Both the position numbers and the translations under genes were made by a program. The notes below the pieces were generated by a model. That model worked only from the letters and a program-made list of their open reading frames with translations. It did not search any database and was not told the DNA's origin. Positions 1-9,190 of a stretch of DNA of 64,000 bases are shown here, one piece after another (the first letter of the stretch is position 1; the number at the start of each line of letters is the position of its first letter). The stretch is from Gammaproteobacteria bacterium (GTDB lineage Bacteria; Pseudomonadota; Gammaproteobacteria; Burkholderiales; Rhodocyclaceae): assembly GCA_029289235.1 (NCBI GenBank), contig JARFTZ010000052.1:20512-84511 (forward strand). Direction: 5' to 3'.

Positions 1-965
1 TGGGCGGAGGTTTTCGAGCGAGCGGCGTGGCTGGCGACCTCGTTGATCGAGACCGAGATTTCCTCGACGGCGGCGGCGACTTTCCCGGTGACGTCCTGCT
101 GGGTATGTATCTGGTCGTTGGTCTTGAGGACGACCGCACCGAGTTCATGGGCCGAGGCGCTCATCTGCCCGGCCTCCTTCTTGAAGTCGAGGAACATGTT
201 GTGCAGCCTGCCGAGGAATGTGTTGAACGCGTGGGCGACTCGGGCCAGTTCGTCGCCGCTGGACGTGTCGAGACGGACCGTGAGGTCTCCCTTTCCTGCG
301 GCCAGTCCTTCGGCCATGGTGGCGAAGGTGGCGAGCCGGCTGGAGAGCACCTTGCGGATGGCCAGCGTCAGCGCGGCCGCCAGCAGGGCGACCCCGACGA
401 CGCCGACGGCAATCACCACCAGCACCATGGTGTTGGCGAGCGAGAGCATTTCGTCCGCCGACGTGTAATCGATCCCGACGAAGATCGCGCCGCCGCGTCC
501 GCCGTCGAAAGTGACGGGCAGGTAGGTTGCCATGTGCGGCCGCCGGAACAGCTCGATTGGACCCGAGTAGGCCTTGCCGGCCTTGAGTGCCTTCGCCGCG
601 GCTGAATCCGGCGCCAGCGTGGTGCCGATCGCCCGGCTGCCGTCTTCCTTTTTCAGCGTCGTGGTGGCGCGGACGAATTCACCGTTGCGATGGACGAACA
701 GCGTGGCGACAATTTTCCCGCCTCCGGTCAACGGGTCAAGCAGGTCGGGCTTGGAGAGGTTCTCGTCGCTCCAGCGGTCGACATCGCCGAAATTGCCCTT
801 GAGCATCGACGCCAGCGCTTTTGTTTCCGACTGCAGGGCCTTGTCGGCCATTTGCGGAATCATGTAGCCCTTGATGAACACGACGATGGCGGTGATGATC
901 ACGGTCGCGGCGAGGCACGACCACGCCAGTAGATTGGCGGAAATCGAGTTGAGCTTGAGTTTCAT
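1..965 (-). CDS. Methyl-accepting chemotaxis protein (Cache-type periplasmic sensor + HAMP), truncated by the window edge
   Basis: Not in the ORF track because it has no stop in the window; translated by hand from ATG at 965. MKLKLNSISANLLAWSCLAATVIITAIVVF (TM1), a Cache-like segment (IVATLFVHRNGEFVRATTTLKKEDGSRAIGTTL), TM2, HAMP (GDLTVRLDTSSGDELARVAHAFNTFL) and the start of the signalling helix (AAAVEEISVSINEVA). Confidence 0.9.
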   Translation of the reverse strand, partial: MKLKLNSISANLLAWSCLAATVIITAIVVFIKGYMIPQMADKALQSETKALASMLKGNFGDVDRWSDENLSKPDLLDPLTGGGKIVATLFVHRNGEFVRATTTLKKEDGSRAIGTTLAPDSAAAKALKAGKAYSGPIELFRRPHMATYLPVTFDGGRGGAIFVGIDYTSADEMLSLANTMVLVVIAVGVVGVALLAAALTLAIRKVLSSRLATFATMAEGLAAGKGDLTVRLDTSSGDELARVAHAFNTFLGRLHNMFLDFKKEAGQMSASAHELGAVVLKTNDQIHTQQDVTGKVAAAVEEISVSINEVASHAARSKTSA

Positions 966-1123
966 GCGTTTTTCAGCTTAAAAAGCAAGTCTGCCGGAAG
1001 ACGTTGAACGTCTTGTGGGCATGGATAGAGGGATGTCTGAAGGGGAGCGAAGCGCCGATAATTATAAACGACCCAGCGGGCGTCACTCGGGCGCCCGGGA
1101 TACGGCTGAAAGATGAGAGCCGC

Positions 1124-2092
1124 TCAGGCGGGCAGCGGTGCTGGCGCTGTCGGGGCGCTGCCGGTTTCGAGGTAAACGCGGCAACGCTCGCTGTACTCGC
1201 TGGTGCTCTTGGGCATCGGCGTACGGGCGCGGGTGATGAAGAAGATCAGATCGCGGCCGGCGCGGATCAGTTGCAGTCCGTCCGAGATGCTGTGCCCGTC
1301 GGAAATGTTGTAGATCACTTCGGCCCCCTCGTCAGGGGCGAAATTTGCCAGCCGCTCGCCAGCGGTTACCAGTTGCGGCCAGACATCGAAGATGTCCGGA
1401 TCGGTGCGCAGCGTCTCGGTCTTGATGCGCGCCGCGCGGGCGAAATCGCGGATCAGTGGCTCGATGCGGGCAAAGGCCGGAATCTTCGTGAAGGTCGCAA
1501 CCATCGTGTCGGCGATGTGGTCGATGTCGCGCTTGGTCTGGCCGATCTTGATGTAACGGCTTTCGTAGAATTCCTCGATCGGCGTGGTGAAGGCGCGGAA
1601 GGGTTCGCCCCACAGTTCGTCGATGCCTTCCTCACCGCTGCGGTGCAGGACGAAACGGCCGAGTTCCATGGCTTCCAGCAGGCAGCGGCCGCATTCACGC
1701 ATCAGCGCGTCGCTGCTCTTGATTTCGACACCGCACTCCTGGAGGTCGACGAGGTTGCGGAAGATGTCGGCAGCACGGTTGAACAATGCTCCGGCGAGCA
1801 TGCCGGCCTTGACTCGCTTGATCGCTGGATCGGCCTCCTCCTCGTAAGTCTTGCGCGCCTCCGCCAGTCGGGTGCCGGGAATGTTCAGGCCGTGTTCGGT
1901 ATGGTTGAACAGGCGCCGGGTCAGCGCGTCGATCAGACGCCGCTTGGCTTCGAGCGAGTTCGCAGGGGTCGGGTAAGTCCGGATCCAGTAGCCATCGTAA
2001 AAAACGCGCTCACGACCACCGAGGACGCGCCGGGTGCCTTCCGGCGGACAATCTTCCGGGAGCAGGTTTTTTACCGAGAGATCCTGATTCAT
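1124..2092 (-). CDS. Hypothetical protein, 322 aa, soluble, probably helical
   Basis: Long ORF filling the gap, with natural protein composition and GC3-rich codons. No motif recognised. Confidence 0.8.
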   Translation of the reverse strand: MNQDLSVKNLLPEDCPPEGTRRVLGGRERVFYDGYWIRTYPTPANSLEAKRRLIDALTRRLFNHTEHGLNIPGTRLAEARKTYEEEADPAIKRVKAGMLAGALFNRAADIFRNLVDLQECGVEIKSSDALMRECGRCLLEAMELGRFVLHRSGEEGIDELWGEPFRAFTTPIEEFYESRYIKIGQTKRDIDHIADTMVATFTKIPAFARIEPLIRDFARAARIKTETLRTDPDIFDVWPQLVTAGERLANFAPDEGAEVIYNISDGHSISDGLQLIRAGRDLIFFITRARTPMPKSTSEYSERCRVYLETGSAPTAPAPLPA

Positions 2093-2280
2093 CGTCTTGA
2101 TCGATACCGCGTGTTCGTGGGTCGGTCGGCACAGTGTCGCCGCAAACCGACGGATTGTACGGCCATCGGATCGTTATGACGAAATTTCAGCAGCCCTGAA
2201 ACCGGCGCCGGTGCTGGCTGTGTTGTATTAGCAAGACAGTGGCGATCAATGCGGCGGGAGAGGGGGATGCTCTGTCCCTG

Positions 2281-2332
2281 AAGAAAAATGGCCCGGTGAG
2301 GACCCGCTGAGCGGCGTCGAAACCAGGCCATT
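2281..2332 (-). terminator. Probable intrinsic terminator of the pdxA-tct operon
   Basis: Stem AATGGCCCGGT (2287-2297) / ACCAGGCCATT (2322-2332) with one mismatch and an inner hairpin. On the minus strand it is followed by UUUUUCUU, about 40 nt after the tctC stop. Confidence 0.6.
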
Positions 2333-2373
2333 CCTTGCTGCGACAGAGGGCTGTTCAGCCCGACGGCGCTGCG

Positions 2374-3342
2374 TTATTTGCCGATGCTCTTCAGGTAGTC
2401 CTGCTCGAACTTCGTCATGAAGGCTTTTGCCGCCTGTTGATCCAGGAACGACGGGATCAGCTTGAACTTGCCGATGTAATCCTTCTGCCAGGCTTCGGAT
2501 TCGGCAACCGTCTTGAGGGACTTGGCCCAGAAGGCAGCGGCTTCGGGGCTCATCGTCTTCGGGCCAACGACGCCGCGCCAGACCGGGAACTCGACATCTT
2601 GATAGCTGCCGACTTCGGACAGACGTGGCGCGTCCCTCAGGTTGCCGGTGAAGCGTGTCGACGACAGGGCGAGGACGGGGGTGAGTTTTCCGGCGACGAC
2701 ATACTGATCGGCGGCGGCCGGCTTCGACATCACGAGGTCAACGTGGCCGCCCAGAATCGATGTGATGGCGGCAGAGGTCGAATCATTGACGATGAAGGCG
2801 AGCTGGTCTTCCGTGAACTTGAGTTCCTTGATCAGCTTCTCGTAGGTCGCGACGTCGTCGCCCTTGGATCCGGCGATAACCACCTTGGCGCCACTCTTCA
2901 CCGCCTTGATGACCTCGTCAAACGTCTTGTATTTCGCGGACTCGCCGATGAACAGCAACTGCTTGTCCTCGGCCATGATGGCGAGCGGCGTGAAGTTGGC
3001 CAGCCGGTTCGAGGTGTTTTTTACCATCGGCATGAGGTCGCCGCTGTTGAAGGTCAGCAGGGTGTGGTCTGCCCTTGTGCCAGCCGCCGTCCGGCTAACG
3101 TTCAGCCGCCCGACTTCGCCGCCGCCGTCCGTCTTGTTGGTCACGAGGAAGGTTTTCCCGTTGGCCAGGTTGGCTTTGGTCATCGCGTCGGAAATGAACC
3201 GGGTGTAGATGTCGCTGCCGCCGCCGGGGCTGGAAGTGACGACCCATTCGATATCTTTCTTGGGCGTGAAGTCTGATGCGCCTGCCGATAACGGTGCGCT
3301 GATCAGGGATGCGATTGCTGCAATTGCGAGGATCTTCTTCAT
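2374..3342 (-). CDS. tctC: Tripartite tricarboxylate transporter substrate-binding protein (Bug/TctC family)
   Basis: Signal peptide MKKILAIAAIASLISAPLSA; Bug motif VVTSSPGGGSDIYTR; GGHVD. RBS GGAGG before ATG 3342; tctA and tctB adjacent. Confidence 0.88.
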   Translation of the reverse strand: MKKILAIAAIASLISAPLSAGASDFTPKKDIEWVVTSSPGGGSDIYTRFISDAMTKANLANGKTFLVTNKTDGGGEVGRLNVSRTAAGTRADHTLLTFNSGDLMPMVKNTSNRLANFTPLAIMAEDKQLLFIGESAKYKTFDEVIKAVKSGAKVVIAGSKGDDVATYEKLIKELKFTEDQLAFIVNDSTSAAITSILGGHVDLVMSKPAAADQYVVAGKLTPVLALSSTRFTGNLRDAPRLSEVGSYQDVEFPVWRGVVGPKTMSPEAAAFWAKSLKTVAESEAWQKDYIGKFKLIPSFLDQQAAKAFMTKFEQDYLKSIGK

Positions 3343-3420
3343 CTCAACCTCCCGTGGGTAAAAAACTCGAGAAAACAACGAACAAAACAACATCAAGGGT
3401 TTGTCTGGGTAAATTTCGCC

Positions 3421-4938
3421 TCATTTGGCCGTTTCCATTTTCGTGCGGGTGAAGCTGCCGAAGACAGCGCGGGCCGCCGGGAAAAGCAGAATGACGATGA
3501 AAATAGTCATGAAAGCGAGGGAAAGCGGGCTGTCAAAGAAGATGTCCAGGCTGCCGCGCGAAATGATGAAGCTCTTGCGCATGTTGGATTCCAGCATCGG
3601 TGCCAGAACGAAAGCCAGCAGGACGGGCGCGGCGGGATAGCGGAACTTGTGCATCACGTAGCCCAGTACGCCGGAGATGAGCATGACCAAAACGCCGTAC
3701 ATCGAATTGCTCGTGCTGTAGGAGCCCACGATGCAGATAACCGTGATGCAGGGGATGATCAGCCGGGTCGGGACGGACAGGATCTTGATCAGCAGGGGAA
3801 TGACACCCCATGCGCACATCAGCGCCACCACGTTGGCGAGGAACAGCGAAGCGATCAAGCCCCAGGCAAAATCCGGCTCGTTGGTGAACAGCAGTGGGCC
3901 GGGATTCAAGCCCCAGAGCATCAGGCCACCGAGGAGTACGGCACCGGTGCCCGAGCCCGGGATGCCGAGTGCCAGGAGCGGTGCGAAGGAACCTGCTGCC
4001 GCGCCGTTGTTGGCGGCTTCGCAGGAGGCGATCCCCTCGACGGCGCCGCTGCCAAGCGGTTCTTCGCTCTTGAAGGACTTCTGCACCGCATAGCCCATGA
4101 ACGAGGCGGCCGTGGCGCCTGCACCGGGCAGAACCCCCATGAAGGTTCCGAGAACGCCTGAACGCAAGGCCGGGGGGAGCAGCCGCTTCAGATCATGCTT
4201 CGTCAACAGCGAACCGCGGATAGTCAGTTTCTCCGTAACCTCTTTCGCTTTTACGAGGCGCTCGTCCATCAGGATCATGACCTGCGAGAAGCCGACCATG
4301 CCGATTACGAACGGGGTGAAGGGAATGCCACCGAGCAGATATTCGTTGCCGAAATCGTAGCGCGGGCTGCCTGTCAGCGTGTCCATGCCCATGCAGGCGA
4401 GGAGGATGCCGAACAGCGTCAACAACAGGCCCTTGCTCGGGTTTTCTCCGACCAGCCAACCGATCGAGGTCATCGCCACCAGGAGCAACGCCGTCATTTC
4501 GGAGGGGCCGAACTTCAGGCCGATATTGGCGAGCGCGGGGCCGGTGAACGTGAGGATGATCATGCCGATGAAGCCGCCGATGAACGACGAGAAATTGGAG
4601 ACCAGAAGCGCCTGGCCGGGGCGTTTCTTCACCGTGGCCATCGGATAGCCGTCCAGCGCGGTCATGACCGCCGGGCTGTCGCCGGGGATGTTGAGCAGGA
4701 TCGCGCTGAAGGCGCCGCCGAACATGTTGGCGTAGTACAGCGAGCCGAGCATGATGACAGCCGTGGTCGGGTTGAAGCTGTAGGTCAGCGGCAGCAGCAG
4801 GGCGACGCCGGCCAGCGATCCGATGCCCGGCATCGCGCCGACGATCAGCCCCAGAATGGCGCCGAGAAAGGTGACAAAGACGTTTTGCCAGGTCAGCAGG
4901 ACCGAAAAGCCCTGCAAAAGCATGTTGATGTTTTCCAT
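3421..4938 (-). CDS. tctA: Tripartite tricarboxylate transporter large permease TctA
   Basis: 505-aa polytopic membrane protein with TctA signatures GAMPGIG, ILLNIPGDSPAVMTALDGYPM, EAANN and LALGIPGS. Confidence 0.95.
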   Translation of the reverse strand: MENINMLLQGFSVLLTWQNVFVTFLGAILGLIVGAMPGIGSLAGVALLLPLTYSFNPTTAVIMLGSLYYANMFGGAFSAILLNIPGDSPAVMTALDGYPMATVKKRPGQALLVSNFSSFIGGFIGMIILTFTGPALANIGLKFGPSEMTALLLVAMTSIGWLVGENPSKGLLLTLFGILLACMGMDTLTGSPRYDFGNEYLLGGIPFTPFVIGMVGFSQVMILMDERLVKAKEVTEKLTIRGSLLTKHDLKRLLPPALRSGVLGTFMGVLPGAGATAASFMGYAVQKSFKSEEPLGSGAVEGIASCEAANNGAAAGSFAPLLALGIPGSGTGAVLLGGLMLWGLNPGPLLFTNEPDFAWGLIASLFLANVVALMCAWGVIPLLIKILSVPTRLIIPCITVICIVGSYSTSNSMYGVLVMLISGVLGYVMHKFRYPAAPVLLAFVLAPMLESNMRKSFIISRGSLDIFFDSPLSLAFMTIFIVILLFPAARAVFGSFTRTKMETAK

Positions 4939-4948
4939 TCGACCCTCG

Positions 4949-5422
4949 TTATTCGGTGATGGCTTCGTAGATGAGCCCCTGCGGGAAGGGGACGCCGAGC
5001 CAGATGACGAAACAGCCGATCACGATCGCCATGATGACCGTCGTCGTGACCAATGTTGTCTTCCAGTCGTATTTCTCGAAGAGGCGCAGCCACAGCACGA
5101 CGTAGAGCGCGAGGCTCGGCACCATGCCCAACAGGAGGGTCGCTCCGAGGATCAAAACAACACCAAAGGCCGGAAGCCAGTTGATGAGCGGCAGCGTGGG
5201 CCGTTTCTCCGAGAACGACTGAAAGAACGTGGCGATGCTTACGAGGAGCAGCGCTGACGAGATGACGACCGGAAAGAAACCGGACATCGGGCCCTTTGAG
5301 TCGTGCCAGAACCCGTATTGCGACAGGCCGAGCCAGAGGAATACGCCCGCCATTGCGGCCGTGGCCAGCGGAATCGTCTGATTCAGGCCAAACCCCTTTG
5401 ATTTTGTTGTTGCATTCTCCAT
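4949..5422 (-). CDS. tctB: Tripartite tricarboxylate transporter small permease TctB
   Basis: 157 aa from ATG 5422 (MENATT...), about 4 TM segments, GPMSGFFP motif and C-terminal LGVPFPQG; directly upstream of tctA. Confidence 0.85.
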   Translation of the reverse strand: MENATTKSKGFGLNQTIPLATAAMAGVFLWLGLSQYGFWHDSKGPMSGFFPVVISSALLLVSIATFFQSFSEKRPTLPLINWLPAFGVVLILGATLLLGMVPSLALYVVLWLRLFEKYDWKTTLVTTTVIMAIVIGCFVIWLGVPFPQGLIYEAITE

Positions 5423-5495
5423 GCTTACCCTCCAGATCCAGCATATCGGCAGGCGGGGAATTCCACTTGGAGCCCCCGTCTGATCAAGCGATGTA

Positions 5496-6536
5496 CTACG
5501 CTCTTTTTTTCGCGCCCAGATTTCTCGCGGCCATGCGGGCGGCGAGCAGAATCGCCGCCTTGCTGGCGCCGGGGTTGGCGATCCCCTTGCCAGCGATGTC
5601 GTAGGCCGTGCCATGAGCCGGGGTGCAGATCGGGAACGGGAATCCACCCATCATGGTCACTCCGCGGTCGAATCCCATCAGCTTCATGGCGACCTGGCCC
5701 TGGTCGTGATACATGCTCAGCACGCCGTCGAACTGGCCGTTGCGCGCCCGCAGATAGACCGTGTCGGCCGGGTAGGGGCCCTCGGCGTTGATTCCCCGCT
5801 GCACCGCCAGGCGGACGGCGGGTTCGATGATCTCGATTTCTTCGTTGCCGAAGTTTCCGCCATCGCCGGCGTGTGGATTGAGGCCCGCCACAGCGATGCG
5901 CGGCGCAACGAAACCCGCTTCGCGCATGCAGCCGTCGGCGAGTATCAATTCGTCAACGATGCCTTCGATCGTGATGGCGCCGGCGACCGCCGATAGCGGA
6001 ATGTGCGAGGTGACCCGGCAGTTCCAGAGGTTGTCCAGAACGTTGAATTCACGGGCCGCTCCCTTGAAACCGGTTATATCCGCTGCGTAGCGGATCTCGT
6101 CGTCGTAGTTCGGATAAACGTAGCGCATCGCCTTCTTGTTGAACGGCGTGAAGAACACGGCGTCGGCGCGTCCCTCGTTGGCCATCAACAGGGCACGACG
6201 AAAGTTCTCCAGCGCAAAGGCGCCGCCTTCGGGGGTGGCCTCGCCACGCTTCACGTCGCGCGGGTCGAGATGCGCCAGGTCCACAAAAACGGGGCGCTCG
6301 CCGATTTCGCAAGCCGAATCCGCCGAGACGAAATCGACATCCGGCGTCAGGCCGGCAATCTGCGCGCCCTCGGCGAGGATGCGGCGGTCGCCAAAGACGA
6401 CGAACCGTGCCGCGGCGCGGACTTCTCCGTCATTGAGCAGGATGGCTGTCAGTTCCGGGCTGATGCCGGCAGGGTCGCCCATGGCGAAAGCGATGGTCGG
6501 CGGAATGTGCGCCTGATCTGAATTACGGTCTGTCAC
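5496..6536 (-). CDS. PdxA-family metal-dependent oxidative decarboxylase/dehydrogenase with divergent substrate site
   Basis: MGDPAGISPE, VTSHIPL, GLNPHAGDGG, YHDQG and HGTAYDIAGKG motifs. GTG start at 6536 chosen for the upstream AAGGGG. Canonical GHTE is replaced by YDDE. Confidence 0.9.
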   Translation of the reverse strand: MTDRNSDQAHIPPTIAFAMGDPAGISPELTAILLNDGEVRAAARFVVFGDRRILAEGAQIAGLTPDVDFVSADSACEIGERPVFVDLAHLDPRDVKRGEATPEGGAFALENFRRALLMANEGRADAVFFTPFNKKAMRYVYPNYDDEIRYAADITGFKGAAREFNVLDNLWNCRVTSHIPLSAVAGAITIEGIVDELILADGCMREAGFVAPRIAVAGLNPHAGDGGNFGNEEIEIIEPAVRLAVQRGINAEGPYPADTVYLRARNGQFDGVLSMYHDQGQVAMKLMGFDRGVTMMGGFPFPICTPAHGTAYDIAGKGIANPGASKAAILLAARMAARNLGAKKRA

Positions 6537-6607
6537 GATTTTCCCCTTGAAAAATTCGGAAGGATGATGCAACAGCAGAATCTTTGATGTCAAGTTACGA
6601 ATGAAGA

Positions 6608-6623
6608 ATTCTGAATTCAGAAT
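6608..6623. promoter_or_regulatory. Perfect 16-bp palindrome ATTCTGAATTCAGAAT, candidate GntR operator
   Basis: The palindrome is read directly, in the AT-rich divergent spacer between the pdxA-like gene and gntR. The operator role is inferred. Confidence 0.55.
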
Positions 6624-6782
6624 GTAGTTCTATTAAAACCGGCGGCAAGCGCATATACTCGCGAGCGTCGACAGACCGCGTTTGTCATTCCGCGACGGGC
6701 TCATCCTGGCCGCGTGCGGATGCCAGCCGTGGCAGCCACGAATTGAAAAAAAGAACCTTCCGTTCTCGTCGCGAACCCGTCC

Positions 6783-7463
6783 ATGAAAGTGCGTGAAGCC
6801 ATGTCCTCCCCGTCCGAAGTCATACCCATCGAGCGTCCGACGCTGCACATGATCGTGGTCTCCCGGATACGCGATATGGTCATCGAAGGGACGTTGCCCG
6901 CCGGGGCGCGCATTCACGAGGGGCAAGTCGGCGAGCAACTCGGTATTTCGCGCACGCCGCTGCGAGAAGCACTCAAAGTATTAGCGTCGGAAGGACTGGT
7001 CGAGTTGGTTCCCAGTCGCGGCGCCGTTGTGACGACGCTTACGCCGAAAGCGGCGCAGGACATGCTCGACGTGCTCAAGGAACTGGAAGCAATGGCTGCT
7101 CCGCTGATCTGCGAGAACGCCTCCGACGAGGAGATCGCCGAAATATGCCAGCTACACGACAAGATGCTGGGGTTCTATGCGACCCGCTCACGGCTTGAGT
7201 ATTTCAAACTGAATCAGCAGATCCACTCCCGCCTGATTTCTCTGGCCGGCAATGAGTCGTTGTCCCTCGTCTACGAAATTCTCCAGACCCGAATGAAACG
7301 GATTCGCTTCATTGGCGACAAGAAAGAAGACTCCTGGCAAGCCGCCGTCGAAGACCACGACAAGATCATCGAGGCGCTGAAGTCGCGTAACGGCCCCCGC
7401 CTTTCGGCAGCCATGGTCGAACACGTGACGAGCTCGTGGGAGCGTATCAAACGTGCGCTTTAA
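6783..7463 (+). CDS. GntR-family (FadR/FCD) transcriptional regulator
   Basis: N-terminal wHTH (IRDMVIEGTLPAGARIHEGQVGEQLGISRTPLREALKVLASEGLV) and FCD domain (NQQIHSRL...EDHDKIIEAL...HV). Confidence 0.93.
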   Translation: MKVREAMSSPSEVIPIERPTLHMIVVSRIRDMVIEGTLPAGARIHEGQVGEQLGISRTPLREALKVLASEGLVELVPSRGAVVTTLTPKAAQDMLDVLKELEAMAAPLICENASDEEIAEICQLHDKMLGFYATRSRLEYFKLNQQIHSRLISLAGNESLSLVYEILQTRMKRIRFIGDKKEDSWQAAVEDHDKIIEALKSRNGPRLSAAMVEHVTSSWERIKRAL

Positions 7464-7494
7464 GGGCTCGTCTGGAAGCTGATCAGCATGCGCA

Positions 7495-8436
7495 TTACGT
7501 GCGCAGCTGACCGGGGCGGTCGGGCAAGCGGTGGGGCGTCGGGTCCTGCGCAACCCGAATCCGTTGCCGCAGTCCCAGCGCCTCGTTGAAAACAAGCGCG
7601 CTGATGACCAGCAGGCCGCCGGTCAGCGTGGCCGGGGCGGGCTGCTCGCCGGCGCCGAGCCAGGCCCAGGCCACCCCGAAGACCACTTCGAGCAGGCCGA
7701 GCAACGCAATTTCGGGAGCCGGCAGCGCCTTCGAGATCCGGACAACCAGCAGGCAGGGGGCGGTCAGCTGAACGACGCCGAGCAGCGCCAGCAGGCTGAT
7801 GTCGTGCACCGAAGCCGTGAGTGGCCAGGCAAGCGGCAGCGTGACGCCGGCCGAGAGCACGGCGCCGATCAGCACGGCCGGCAGCATGTCGGGCGGGGGA
7901 GGCGAGTCTTGCGGACGGTTGGCCATCGACTGCAGCAGCGTCCAGTTGACCGAGGCCGCAAGCGGGGCCGCGAAAGCTACCAGCGTTCCGGTCAGCGAGG
8001 CGCCGGTCAGCGCGTCCTGGCCGAACATCCAGGCAATCCCGGCGCCGCCGAGGGCGATGGCCACCCAGGTTCGCCGCGGCAGGCGGTGACCGAGAAACAG
8101 GCGGGCGAACAGCGCCGTGACCAGCGGCCCGACGGCCAGCGTGACCAGGACGTTGGCGACGCTGGTGAGCGTCAGGCCGATCATGAACGCGGTGTACATC
8201 GTTCCCCAGCAGCAGCCGGAGACCCACAACGGCCAGCGCGCAGTCGCGAGGTCGCGCCAGAAGGCCCGGCCGCGCATGATGCTGAGCGCGCTGCCGAGTG
8301 TCAGGGCGACGAAAAGACTGCGCCAGAAAGTAACCTCGAAGCTGCGCGCGGCGTCGAGATGCCGGGTGACGACACCGGCGATGCTCCACAACAGGGTGGC
8401 GAGGATCATCAGGGCGACGGCGCGGCGGTGGGTCAT
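7495..8436 (-). CDS. EamA/DMT-family transporter
   Basis: About 10 hydrophobic segments; LATLLWSIAG start and LLGLLEVVFGVAWAW DMT motif; start at ATG 8436. Confidence 0.88.
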   Translation of the reverse strand: MTHRRAVALMILATLLWSIAGVVTRHLDAARSFEVTFWRSLFVALTLGSALSIMRGRAFWRDLATARWPLWVSGCCWGTMYTAFMIGLTLTSVANVLVTLAVGPLVTALFARLFLGHRLPRRTWVAIALGGAGIAWMFGQDALTGASLTGTLVAFAAPLAASVNWTLLQSMANRPQDSPPPPDMLPAVLIGAVLSAGVTLPLAWPLTASVHDISLLALLGVVQLTAPCLLVVRISKALPAPEIALLGLLEVVFGVAWAWLGAGEQPAPATLTGGLLVISALVFNEALGLRQRIRVAQDPTPHRLPDRPGQLRT

Positions 8437-8615
8437 CAGAGTGCCTGTGGTTGGGGGCTGTTGAGTCGAATGGGCAAAAGGGGCAAAGGCGTCACAGTAT
8501 CGGCGACCCCGTCGTGGCCGGTCAATTGCTTTCCGTTGCTGACATCGTCGGGAAGGCGAGACTCGACGGCCTCTCCGGGTCATACTCCCGGTTTGCCCCG
8601 CACAACAACAGAGAA

Positions 8616-9188
8616 ATGCTCGACGACATCAGGAAAACCCTCTGGGCCGCCGCCGACATGCTGCGCGCCAACATGGACGCCGCCGAATACAAGCACCTCG
8701 TCCTCGGCCTGATCTTCCTCAAGTACGTCTCCGACACCTTCGCCGCCCGGCGTACCGAACTGGCCGCCCGCTTCGCCGACCCGGCCGACGAGTACTACCT
8801 CGACGATCCCGACCTGCTGGCCGACGAACTCGACGACCGCGACTACTTCACCGCCGTCAATGTTTTCTGGGTGCCGGAAGCCGCCCGTTGGGAAGCCCTG
8901 CGCGCCAGCGCCAAGCAGCCGGACATCGGCAAGCGGATCGACGACGCGCTGGCCGTCATCGAAGCCGAGAACGCCAGGCTGAAAGGCATCCTCGACAAAC
9001 GCTACGCCCGCGCCCAGTTGCCCGACGGCAAGCTCGGCGACGTGTCGATCTACGGGCAGGAATCGAACCCGACGACGTGGCGCCTCGCCGCGATGAACCT
9101 CGCCATTCGCGGTATCGACTTCAACCTCGGGCGCGAACCGACCGACACCTTCACGCGTAACCAGCACCCCGACCTGCGCGCCGACTTC
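8616..9188 (+). pseudogene. hsdM: Type I restriction-modification HsdM remnant (internal deletion and 3' truncation)
   Basis: HsdM N-terminus LWAAADMLRANMDAAEYKHLVLGLIFLKYVSD. It jumps from RAQLPDGKLG directly to DVSIYGQESNPTTWRLAAMNLAIRGI, so GQFYTP and the SAM-binding DPxCGSGG motif are missing. Homology ends at HPDLRADF, just before the catalytic NPPF. No hsdR or hsdS is present. Confidence 0.88.
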
Positions 9189-9190
9189 AA

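Noticed and set aside
1054-1061. GCCGATAA sigma28 -10-like box near the MCP gene (another at 49376-49383)
   Set aside because: There is no TAAA -35 at the right spacing, and the 1054 copy faces away from the MCP gene.
5496-6536. Housekeeping pdxA of vitamin B6 synthesis
   Set aside because: It is not in the surA-pdxA-rsmA context, sits in a transporter/GntR operon, and has substituted substrate-binding residues.
8440-8615. Second att site (duplicated tRNA-Ser 3' end) bounding the island
   Set aside because: No TGGCGGAGAG-like direct repeat was found. CCTCTCCG near 8570 is short and in the wrong orientation.
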